Source: Mytilus trossulus
Taxonomy: Eukaryota
NCBI RefSeq assembly: GCF_036588685.1
Contig: NW_026963290.1
Location: 744,001-808,000, forward strand
Direction: 5' to 3'
Length of the DNA stretch: 64,000 nucleotides
The notes under the pieces were generated by a model, which did not search any database, was not told where the DNA came from, and saw nothing but the letters and a program-made list of their open reading frames with translations. Below are positions 54,576-64,000 of the stretch, piece by piece (within the stretch, counting starts at the first letter, position 1; each line of letters begins with the position of its first letter). Made by a program: the position numbers and the translations under genes.

Positions 54576-55861
54576 TGCCAGTCTGCTTAAGAATCAGGCA
54601 GTGGTGAAAACATGACCAAAAAACCCCACCCATTTTGACATTGATTTCAGTTCATAATATGTAGTTATGCACAAAAATAACATTTATTTCCATTTTCTGT
54701 TCTGGTATTTGGTTGAAATGCACTAGAAATTAACAAATAAGGGGAGATAACTCCCTAATTTTTCTGTAATTTGCTATCATTCTAACCAATTTTCTAACGA
54801 AGTTATTTGATATTACCAGACACACACAAACAAAAGACTCATACTTTTTAACTCAGGATGATGGTTAGAATTGAATAGCATGATAAGCTCGGTTGGTTTT
54901 TTCTAACCATGTTTTAATTTTTACCTAAATTGCCTGATTCTTACAAAGACTGGCACTTTAAAATTAAAAAAGGTACACATAATAAATCAGCAAAAAAAGC
55001 AGTACTATACATGTACCGCAGTTAAAACAAGGGGGTAAAAAGCAGGTGTTTGGTTTAAATTTAAGTCTAAGCATTAAAACCCTGATAACCATAGCCATTG
55101 AAACAGTTTTAGTTTTATAAAAAGATATAATAAATCTATCTCAGCATCTGTATAAAAAAGTGTTCACATGAATGCAGTTGCGAAAATATTAGACCTCATG
55201 CAGGCACCAATAATTTTTAAATAACAAAACATACATTTTGATCGAGGACATTGTTTTCATGATTTTTCTTTATACTTTTCTTTATAATTATTTACTTATA
55301 TGTATACAGTTTTGAAATCTAAAATGTAAAAGTGCAACAACACTTTAGATGTAGCATCGTACATATCCCAATTTATATTAAGGACAGAACAAGCAACGAT
55401 TAGTTATTCTTTAAGGAAAAAAATTTCGTTATAAAATATTATTATTTTCTTCTCCCTGGGCGCTAATTTTCCTTCTCCAGGCGCTTTTTCTTTTCCCCGG
55501 GCGCTTTTTCTCCTCCCGGGCGCTCCCGTGCGCTTTTTAGTAGGACCGATATATTGTGTATATATATGTCTCTGCCAGAATCTTCTTATTTCTTGGAAAT
55601 CTGTTCCTGGCGTTTTAACTTTAACTGCAATCTTCTTCAATGCTCTTATACTACGATACAAAATGTAGCAAGTTTCACGTATCATTTACAATGGGTGATT
55701 TTCTCACTGCTGTGAATGTATCTGGAGAAAGACGCAATAGTATTAATGCCTTTCAAACATTTTATATAGCAACAATGCAGACATATATGATCCAATCGTA
55801 CGACGTGTGTTGCTGTATGTGTAATCAAACAAAGAAACGAAGATTAAAAAATTTAAAAATT

Positions 55862-56982
55862 TGTAAGGGTTCCGCGGAACCCAGTGTCTCGCCTACTTTT
55901 GCTGTAAATCGCAGGCTCAACAAAAATGAGGAAAAAAAATCAATAAAATATTTCTCTTGATACTATCTTATGATTATAAGAAGCTTCTGTCCAAGTTTGG
56001 TAAAAATCTAAGATAGTTACAGTTCTTATATAAAAGTATGCAACGCAAACCATTGCTCAACTTGCTTGCTATGTTTGTCTGGATGTTTGTAAACAACAGG
56101 TAGGAAGTTTGTTTACTACTTACTGGAATTTTATTGGGCAATAAACATTAACTTCAATTCATGTCCAATCAAATCCCAGTATATATTGAAACTCCGCCTT
56201 CCTATTGTTTGCAAACATAGCAAGCAAGTTGATCAAAGTTTTGTTTTGCATGCTTTTATAGAAGAGCTGTAATGAATCTAATAAATGTTTTGAAACCTTT
56301 AACTGCAGACTGTATGTAATGTTAACTGGAAGAAAATCTAAGTTCATTTGAAAGTAAAATACAGAAAAAATGGAGTTATCTTTTTACAAAACTTACTTCT
56401 GGATACTATCTTATGATCATAGATAAGCTTCTGTCCAAGTTTGGTACAAACCCATGATAGTTTAAGAAAGTTATCAAAATTTTAAAAACTTTAACCATAG
56501 AGTGAATGTAATGTTTCCCCGCAGAAAAACTAAGTCCATTTAAAAGTAAAATATGGAAAAAATGGATTTATTTTTTTACAAAATTTACTTCTAGATACTA
56601 TCTTATGATCATAAACAAGCTTCTGTCCAAGTTTGGTACAAACCTAGGATAGTTTAAGATAGTTATCAAAATTCTAAAAACTTTAACCACAGAGTGAATG
56701 TTATGTTTCCCCGCAGAAAAAACTAAGTCCATTTATAAGTAAAATACAGAAAAAATGGAATTTTATTTTTACAAAATTTACTTCTGGATACTATCTTATG
56801 ATCATTAACAAGCTTCTGTCCAAGTTTGGTAGAAATCCAGTATAGTTTAAGAAAGTTATTAAAATTTCAAAAACTTTAACCACAGAGTGAATATATGTGG
56901 ACGCCGCCGACGCCGACGACGACGACGGAATGTAGTTTCGCTTAGTCTCGCTTTTTGACTAAAGTCGAAGGCTCGACTAAAA
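55862..56982 (-). mobile_element. Helentron/HINE-type element with ~190-bp tandem repeats
   Basis: Palindrome GGGTTCCGCGGAACCC plus GTCTCGC subterminal repeat, recurring GATACTATCTTATGAT..AAGCTTCTGTCCAAGTTTGG, GAC/GCC microsatellite, terminal hairpin. Confidence 0.75.
56020..56269. mobile_element. foldback MITE with TA TSD nested in the HINE
   Basis: TA|CAGTTCTTATATAAAAGTATGCA...TGCATGCTTTTATAGAAGAGCTG|TA; imperfect arms cover most of the element. Confidence 0.75.
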
Positions 56983-57369
56983 TGAAGTCAAACACGTAAT
57001 AATGCTCGTGAGGGAACACCATAAATGGTCAAATATTATCATGATGGTTTAAGCGAATAAATGATGACAACAACTTTTTCATTCAGAACATTTGGTTCAT
57101 CAGCTCCATTGGAAACAGAATTACTCATGCATTTAAAAAAAATACTATGGAAGATCGTTAAAACCCTGGAGCTCCATATACAGGTGCATAAAAAATGTTT
57201 CAAATTCAAAACCGAAAGATTTTGATAATTAAATTGAAGAAGAGAGGCGAAAGATACAAAAAAGACATTCAAGTTCATAATATAGATATAAGAAGATGTG
57301 GCATGAGTGCCAATGAGACAACTCTCCGTCCAATTTAGAGGTTGTAAAAGTAAACCATTTTAGGTCAAA

Positions 57370-57402
57370 CTGAGACCACTATAACTGTTATAGTAGTCTC
57401 AG
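57370..57402. mobile_element. 33-bp palindrome with 7-bp TSD (probable P-family footprint)
   Basis: GGTCAAA|CTGAGACCACTATAAC-T-GTTATAGTAGTCTCAG|GGTCAAA inside a family-A repeat. Confidence 0.7.
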
Positions 57403-57700
57403 GGTCAAAGTACGGTCTTCAACAAGGCTCTCATCGAACAGCAAGCTATAAACGGCCCCAAAAATGGCTAGGGTAAAATCACTCACACGGGTAAACCCAC
57501 TCATAAGTTCGGCTCATAAGCTGAAAATAAACTGACAACTACATGGCTAAAAAAGAAAAGACCAATAGTTAGACAAATAAACAAAAGTATACAAAACACA
57601 ACATAGAAGACTTAACTGTGCAATAAAAAGCCAACCAAAAACTGGGGGTGGTATCAGATGCTCCGGAAGGGTAAGCTTCTGATCATGGCCTTCTCCACAT

Positions 57701-57732
57701 CAAGGACGTATAACTAACAATATACGTCCTTG
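57701..57732. mobile_element. 32-bp palindrome with 7-bp TSD (probable P-family footprint)
   Basis: TCCACAT|CAAGGACGTATA-actaacaa-TATACGTCCTTG|TCCACAT inside a family-C repeat. Confidence 0.7.
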
Positions 57733-58419
57733 TCCACATGTTGCAAACATCGTATGAATTATGTTACGAGTACAAATCCGGTGATAAGTCTAATTCGTTA
57801 TGTCACATTCTGGAAATGGGAACGGGATTGTAGTTATCGTGAATCTCCTCTTTATCGTCAACTTGACAAGTTTAGTTCTAAACCAGGCTGTCAATTTCTA
57901 GATTTCATATTATGCAGACCCAATATGGTACCATTGATTTGATGACATAATTGATTCAATCGTCGTAGAAACAATCACATCCTTCTTTCCCCCGAATTGA
58001 AATTATTTCAGTTTTTTTTTCTTATATCAGCAACACGACAGGTGTCGCATATGGAGCAGGACCTGCTCGGCTGACCCTTCTGTGGACCTGAGTTCCCTTA
58101 GTTTGGGTGGGCTTCGTGTTGCTCAGTATTCAGTATTCAGTTTCTTTGTTTGAATGTGTGCTTGGTTTTTTTTTGGGTCTTTTTTACCTTTTTGTCATGT
58201 TAAGTAATCATAGCTTGTCAATACAATGCATTGCAATTGGTCTAATACTGCGAATTTGGACACTGTTTCATGCAATATGCGTTTGTCTAGCATGTCGGGC
58301 ATAGTGCAAGGCGATTTGGTGCCACGTTATTTTAGAGTAGCATAAGTTCGAATCCCCGCGATTGAAGAACATATTAAAGATTGGTAGGCCCCGGCAAAAA
58401 TTATCTAATCTATTTTTAA

Positions 58420-58605
58420 AAGTGCTAGTGTTAAAACTGTTTGCTTATATATCACTCCTTCGGGGAGGCTTTTCCATATGTCCATCATGCTTGTCTGTCG
58501 TGAACCACTTGTTATTCTCTTGTCGAATAATTCTGAAACTTCTATCATGTCACCTCTGAGTTTGTGTATGCGGTCTTCATATGGCAAATATCTCATCTCA
58601 TTGTA
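58420..58605 (-). mobile_element. decayed CR1-type LINE 3' coding fragment
   Basis: RYLPYEDRIHKLRGDMIEV resembles the L.Y..RL..RGD.IE motif of CR1 ORF2 C-termini. Confidence 0.5.
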
Positions 58606-58914
58606 GACCTGTGTGTGGGGGTTGGGGGGGGTGTAACTCCCTATCCTTTTGTATACATGAAACTGTGCCCACAGCACTTGCCAAATAATACCCTACTCTA
58701 ACCAGAAAACATTAAAAAAAATATACCCTGTTCTAAACAGAAATATTGAAAAACAGTTCCTAGACACGATCAGAAAACGTATACCCGAAAATGCATGCAT
58801 AATTCTGTTCTAGACCGTATAAAATATATGTTGTTTCAGACATCGGGTTCTAGACTGTAACAATTAAATAATCGACCCTATTCTAGACAAATGCTTTGTT
58901 TGAAGAAAATAAGA

Positions 58915-59088
58915 CCCTGTTCTCACCAGCAGGGCATGAAAAAGCGATCCTGTTCTAACCAGCAGGGCATGTAAAAGCGATCCTGTTCTCACCAAGCAGA
59001 GCATGAAAAATCGATCCTGTCCTAACCAGCAGGGCATGGAAAAGCGATCCTGTTCTCACCAGCAGGGCATGAAAAATCGATCCTGTTT
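58915..59088. repeat. 33-bp minisatellite, about 5 copies
   Basis: Unit CCTGTTCTCACCAGCAGGGCATGAAAAAGCGAT, head-to-tail with no spacers. Confidence 0.85.
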
Positions 59089-59277
59089 TGCGGCACACTC
59101 GTACTACTAGAAATATAGGAAGTAACTTTCTGTGGATTGTAGGTAACTCGAATAACTTGAATAACTTGAATAACTTGAAACAGGCACACATACATAAATA
59201 CTGTGGCGGGGTTAAACATGATAGCGGGATCCCAACCCTCCCCTAACCTGGGACAGTGGTATTACAGAATAACATAT

Positions 59278-62200
59278 GTTTATCAGTCTTCAAAATTAAT
59301 GAATTGAACTCTCAACATTCCTATCCATTTGTGAGATATTCCTTACGAACACAATGTTCAACACTTATGATCAGCTATGTCCTCAAACAAAACTCCAATT
59401 TAAACCATGGTATTGAAATGTTACCTAAATCACCGTCTTCTGCGTGGACAAACTTTACACTTATATGTATCCTACTTGCGGGAGATGTCCAATTGAACCC
59501 AGGCCCATCCATATATCCATGTGGATACTGTGAAGTGCCAGTTACTTGGGAACACAAACATGCAATATGTTGTGATGAGTGTAGCATTTGGTACCACTCA
59601 GACTGTCTGGAACTTAGTGCCTCTAAACTACGTAACATACAAAATATTAATGTGTCTTGGATATGCTGTAAATGTAGTACCCAAAATGTGGGGAGCTTCA
59701 CATACCATTCTTATGAACTAGAAACATCAAATCAATTTAGCATACTCAGCTCAGTATCATCATTACTGTCCACAGACTCTATGACAACAATACCATCAAT
59801 TGACTCTTCATTCAGTCCATCAGTATTTAGTAGTCCAAAACCAAGAATACTTAGTAGCACAACTGAAGAATCACCATCAAGAGCCTCAAAATCAAAATCA
59901 ATCAGTGGCCTAGAACATAAACAACAAAACCTCAGAATCCTTATGATAAACTGTCAAAGCATCAGAAATAAACGAACAGAACTAAATGAAAGCGTCGAAT
60001 ACATAAAACCTGATGTCATCATAGGGTGCGAATCTTGGTTAGCAAACGAACACCGAACTGCAGAAATCTTTCCAAATGGGTACAACAAGAATGTTTTTCG
60101 CAAGGACAGAAATAAAAACGGGGGAGGTGTATTCATTGCAGTCCATGATAAATTCACTACTTCCGCAGTTGAAAACAGTGAAAACAATTGTGAACTACAA
60201 TGGGCAGAAATACAAACAAAGACCAAATCAGTCATAATTGGTTCCTACTACCGTCCACCAAATGCAAGCATAGACGCACTGCATAACCTTAAAACATCAG
60301 TACTAAATGTGAGTGAAAACAGCAAAGATAAACCTATTATACTTGCAGGAGACTTTAATCTTCCGCATATTGACTGGAACAACAACACAGTCAAACCTGG
60401 AAAAGCACAAGTAAAACATCACCAAGAACTACTTGAATTTATTGAAGAGTTTGGTATGGAACAACTACAACTAAAACCAAGCCGAGAAAACAACATCCTT
60501 GACCTATTTCTCACAAACCATCCAAGTCTTGTAAAGTCATGTAACACACTACCTGGAATATCAGACCACAACATGATTGTTCTTGATACTGACCTAAAAC
60601 CGCAGTATAATAAACCAAAACCAAGAGAAATATATGTTTATAAGAAAGCAAAATGGGAGGAGATCAAAGCTGACATTATAAAAGTTGGCGCTGACATCAT
60701 CAATAGGAACACCTCTGTTGAAGATAAGTGGACCAACCTTAAAAACGGTATAGAAACAACACTCAACCTTAATGTACCAAGGAAAATAACAAATAAGAGA
60801 CATAGTCTACCTTGGCTATCAAACAGCGTAAAAAAGAAAATTAGGAGAAAACACAAACTATTTCAGAAAGCTAAACACACAGGAAAGCCAGAAGACTGGG
60901 CAAAATTCAAACAACATAAAAGAGCTACACAAAAAGCTGTACGACAAGCTCACTGGCAGTATGTCAATACAATACTAGATGCAGCTTTGGCGGAAGGTAA
61001 TAGTAAACCTTTTTGGCGATACATAAAGTCCAAACGTACTGACAATATAGGTGTAGCTGGAATTAAAAAAAATGGAATTTTACATCAGGACAGCAAATCC
61101 AAGGCAGAATTACTAAACGACCAATTTAAGTCGGTCTTCACCAAGGAAAACGCATCAGATCAACTACCACAGACCCATGAATCAAAATACCCAAGTATGA
61201 AAAACATCAACATCGAAGTACAAGGAGTAGAAAAACTATTGAGAAACTTAAACATCAGCAAAGCTAGTGGACCAGACGGCATCGCAAATAAAGTATTAAA
61301 ACTGTGCTCAATTGAATTAGCACCAGTAATGAGTCACATATTCCAGCTTAGTCTAGACTCGGGTACTCTTCCATCTGACTGGAGAAACGCTAACATCAGT
61401 TCAATATTTAAAAAAGGAGATAGACATACAGCGGCAAATTACCGACCTGTATCACTTACCTGTGTTTGCTGCAAACTACTTGAACACATAGTTTGCAGGC
61501 ACATCCTGAAACACCTGGAAGCACACAATATACTTACCTCACTTCAACATGGTTTCCGTAGTGGCCATTCCTGCGAAAGTCAACTTCTAATTACTATGCA
61601 TGACATCATGAAATCCTTTGATGCCAAGAAGCAAATTGATTTAACCATACTGGACTTTAGTAAGGCATTTGACACTGTGCCTCATCGAAAACTACTACAC
61701 AAATTAAAGAACTATGGAATTGATGGTAATACAAATGCATGGATTGAATCATTCCTAATGCAACGCCAACAGCGAGTTATCGTCGAAGGAGAATTTTCTT
61801 CATCTTGTTCCGTCGACTCAGGGGTGCCCCAAGGAACTGTCCTCGGTCCCCTTCTTTTTCTATGTCATATTAATGACTTGCCGCTATGTGTAAAATCACA
61901 AGTACGTCTGTTTGCCGACGACTGCCTCCTGTATAATACTATCGATACACCACAGGACCAACTCCAAATACAGAAAGATCTAGATTCACTTGACAACTGG
62001 GCAAAGGACTGGGGTATGCGTTTTAATGCCAGTAAATGCTATGTCATGTCAATTCACCGTAGCAGGTCCCCGCTCACATACAGTTATACACTAAGTAACC
62101 ACATATTAGAGCAGGTCAATGAAAATCCATACTTAGGTGTAATTATTAGCGATAATTTGAAATGGTCATCACACATAAACAAATTCTGCAACAAAGCCAA

Positions 62201-62799
62201 TTCTACACTTGGATTCATCAGACGGAACCTTAAACACTGCAACAAACATTTTAAGGAAACTGCCTACATCTCGCTAGTTCGATCAGTCTTAGATTACTCA
62301 GGCACTGTATGGGACCCATACCTACAAAAAGACATAAATCGCATAGAGAACATACAAAGAAGAGCAGCTAGATTTGTTTTCAAAGACTATAGACGTACTA
62401 GTAGTGTCACCTCCATGATGAAAGACCTTGGTTGGAAACCTCTTGTGGAACGAAGACGAGAACAACGACTGGTACTACTGTATAAAATAGTGAACGACCT
62501 GGTAGCCATCCCCACTGAACATCACATAGAATTTAATACTAGACCATCCAGAACTTCTAACGTCAAACAAATAAAACTTTTATCAGCAAATACTGACATT
62601 TACAAACATTCTTTTTTTCCACAAACTATAATTGATTGGAACTTACTACCAAATGCTGCCGTGAACTGTAAAACTGTGGAAAGTTTTAAGGCAGTTATAT
62701 CGCGCGACTAGACATCAGTGGCGCACACACATTTCCTGGATAAGTTTTACTCAGTATTTTGAGTTCATTTCCAGTACTATACAGATACAGATACAGATA
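59278..62799 (+). mobile_element. CR1-group non-LTR retrotransposon (no ORF1 seen; (ACAGAT)n 3' tail)
   Basis: Intact ORF2, ~70-nt 3' UTR, ACAGAT repeat at 62781-62799. The 5' end abuts a family-A fragment; no TSD found. Confidence 0.9.
59367..62711 (+). CDS. LINE ORF2: 2A-like motif, PHD finger, AP endonuclease, reverse transcriptase
   Basis: First in-frame ATG at 59367. GDVQLNPGP; C4HC3 PHD; APE motifs NCQS, ESWL, YRPP, GDFN, SDH; RT motifs YRPVSL, QHGF, LDFSKAFD, GVPQG, FADD. No stops or frameshifts. Confidence 0.93.
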   Translation: MISYVLKQNSNLNHGIEMLPKSPSSAWTNFTLICILLAGDVQLNPGPSIYPCGYCEVPVTWEHKHAICCDECSIWYHSDCLELSASKLRNIQNINVSWICCKCSTQNVGSFTYHSYELETSNQFSILSSVSSLLSTDSMTTIPSIDSSFSPSVFSSPKPRILSSTTEESPSRASKSKSISGLEHKQQNLRILMINCQSIRNKRTELNESVEYIKPDVIIGCESWLANEHRTAEIFPNGYNKNVFRKDRNKNGGGVFIAVHDKFTTSAVENSENNCELQWAEIQTKTKSVIIGSYYRPPNASIDALHNLKTSVLNVSENSKDKPIILAGDFNLPHIDWNNNTVKPGKAQVKHHQELLEFIEEFGMEQLQLKPSRENNILDLFLTNHPSLVKSCNTLPGISDHNMIVLDTDLKPQYNKPKPREIYVYKKAKWEEIKADIIKVGADIINRNTSVEDKWTNLKNGIETTLNLNVPRKITNKRHSLPWLSNSVKKKIRRKHKLFQKAKHTGKPEDWAKFKQHKRATQKAVRQAHWQYVNTILDAALAEGNSKPFWRYIKSKRTDNIGVAGIKKNGILHQDSKSKAELLNDQFKSVFTKENASDQLPQTHESKYPSMKNINIEVQGVEKLLRNLNISKASGPDGIANKVLKLCSIELAPVMSHIFQLSLDSGTLPSDWRNANISSIFKKGDRHTAANYRPVSLTCVCCKLLEHIVCRHILKHLEAHNILTSLQHGFRSGHSCESQLLITMHDIMKSFDAKKQIDLTILDFSKAFDTVPHRKLLHKLKNYGIDGNTNAWIESFLMQRQQRVIVEGEFSSSCSVDSGVPQGTVLGPLLFLCHINDLPLCVKSQVRLFADDCLLYNTIDTPQDQLQIQKDLDSLDNWAKDWGMRFNASKCYVMSIHRSRSPLTYSYTLSNHILEQVNENPYLGVIISDNLKWSSHINKFCNKANSTLGFIRRNLKHCNKHFKETAYISLVRSVLDYSGTVWDPYLQKDINRIENIQRRAARFVFKDYRRTSSVTSMMKDLGWKPLVERRREQRLVLLYKIVNDLVAIPTEHHIEFNTRPSRTSNVKQIKLLSANTDIYKHSFFPQTIIDWNLLPNAAVNCKTVESFKAVISRD

Positions 62800-64000
62800 A
62801 TTCAAGCCCTTTCTGTGTCCGATTTTCTCCCACATGAGGGCTTGAACTCCTTATGATCATTGGCCGCGTCGCCTGCTCTCTGTGAGAGAGAGCCAATCGG
62901 CGGCGATCAGGATAATGAGTCTGCGCAACTGTCTTGTAATTGTCTTACCAAATACGTGTGTTCAATTAACACAAATCCGATAATAATTAATTAACATCAG
63001 TTAACATCATTTAACATCAATTAACATCTGGAACTCCTCCTTCCTAAGCTGCCAATTTAAATCAAAATTCCCATATTGCATAGCGGCGTGAATTTTCCGG
63101 TTGACGGTCTTGATTGAGGAAGACGTTCAGGCGTTTATGTAGCCTTCGTAGATCAGCGTAAAATAACGACTGAATTATTCGGGTTAGATTGTAGGCAACA
63201 TTTTGGTCGTTTTCTAATTGCACATAATTGTCTGCTTACTTCAAATTCGGTCTTAGTGGGTCTTACACGTACCTATGTAGTAATGTAAAGTGTGCAACTG
63301 TCTAGGTGGACAGAGGAACCGCGACGTAAATCATATCCAAAATCATAAAGCTAAACATAAGATAATATGATTTTGGATATGATTTACAAACGACAGATTC
63401 ATGTCAATGGTTATATTACTCCAATATCTTTTTCTGTTTCAACATTTTCAAGGTTATAAAAAAGAAGATGTGGTATGATTGCCAATGAGACAACTGTCCA
63501 CAAGATACCAAAATGACACAGAAATTAACAACTATAGGTCACCGTACGGCCTTCAACAATGAGCAATGCCCATACCGCATAGTCAGCTATAAAAGGACCC
63601 GAAATGAAAATGTAACACAATTCAAACGAGAAAACTAACGGCCTTATTTAACTCAGTTAACTCAGGTATAATAAAAAATGAACGAAAAAAAAATATGTAA
63701 CACATAAGCAAACGGCAAACACTGAATTACAGGCTCCTGACTAAGGACAAGCACATACATACTTAATGTGGTTGGGGAGGGGGTAAACATGTTAGCGGGA
63801 TCCCAACCCTTCCACTAACCTGCCCCACCCCCCCAGAAAATCAAATGGTTGCCTTACGGAAATTTTTAAGTCCGACTCAGGAAGCCAAGAGATTTATTTG
63901 CATTTGATATGATGTTATTGTAGTGATATTTCTATTTTAACTCATCAGAAGGGGGGGAATACAAGTGGATTTGTTTTCATTTGTCTAAAAACAAATTAGA

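Larger units (their letters stand above)
52593..55574. mobile_element. non-autonomous P-superfamily-like DNA transposon with nested insertions
   Basis: TIR CAGAGACATATATATA, ~110-bp inverted subtermini with repeated AAAAGCGCCC, exact 7-bp TSD CCAGAAT (52586-52592, 55575-55581). No transposase seen. Confidence 0.75.

Noticed and set aside
58915-59088. 33-bp repeats with an internal inverted repeat, resembling a CRISPR array
   Set aside because: Head-to-tail with no unique spacers, no cas genes, eukaryotic context. The ORFs across it are by-products of the 33-bp period.

Overview
AT-rich, intron-containing animal genomic DNA. The repeat landscape looks like a bivalve mollusc, probably Mytilus; this is an inference from repeat types, not a database match. 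Three spliced genes were rebuilt by hand with phase-consistent splice sites. (1) A minus-strand ZP-domain-like secreted protein with a Thr/Ser-rich mucin insert (10287->282, runs off the left edge, one GC-AG intron). (2) A plus-strand TIMP-like gene (24702-29885) that the ORF track misses, with a very short C-terminal part. (3) DEDD (37854-47339). One intact CR1-group LINE ORF2 (2A-like motif, PHD, APE, RT) lies at 59.3-62.8 kb. The rest is a dense mosaic of Helentron/HINE-type elements, MITEs, a Mutator relic, a P-like element, Penelope-like RT fragments and a tRNA-derived SINE. Two signals are most notable. (a) Two families of repeats carry minimal type I hammerhead ribozymes with covarying stems, including a 354-nt retrozyme-like monomer, repeatedly next to Penelope-like 3' ends. 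(b) Three 32-37 bp palindromes, each flanked by an exact 7-bp direct repeat, look like P-element excision footprints, and TACATGTA Tc1/mariner-type scars are also present. All coordinates were counted by eye; dispersed-repeat boundaries are approximate.
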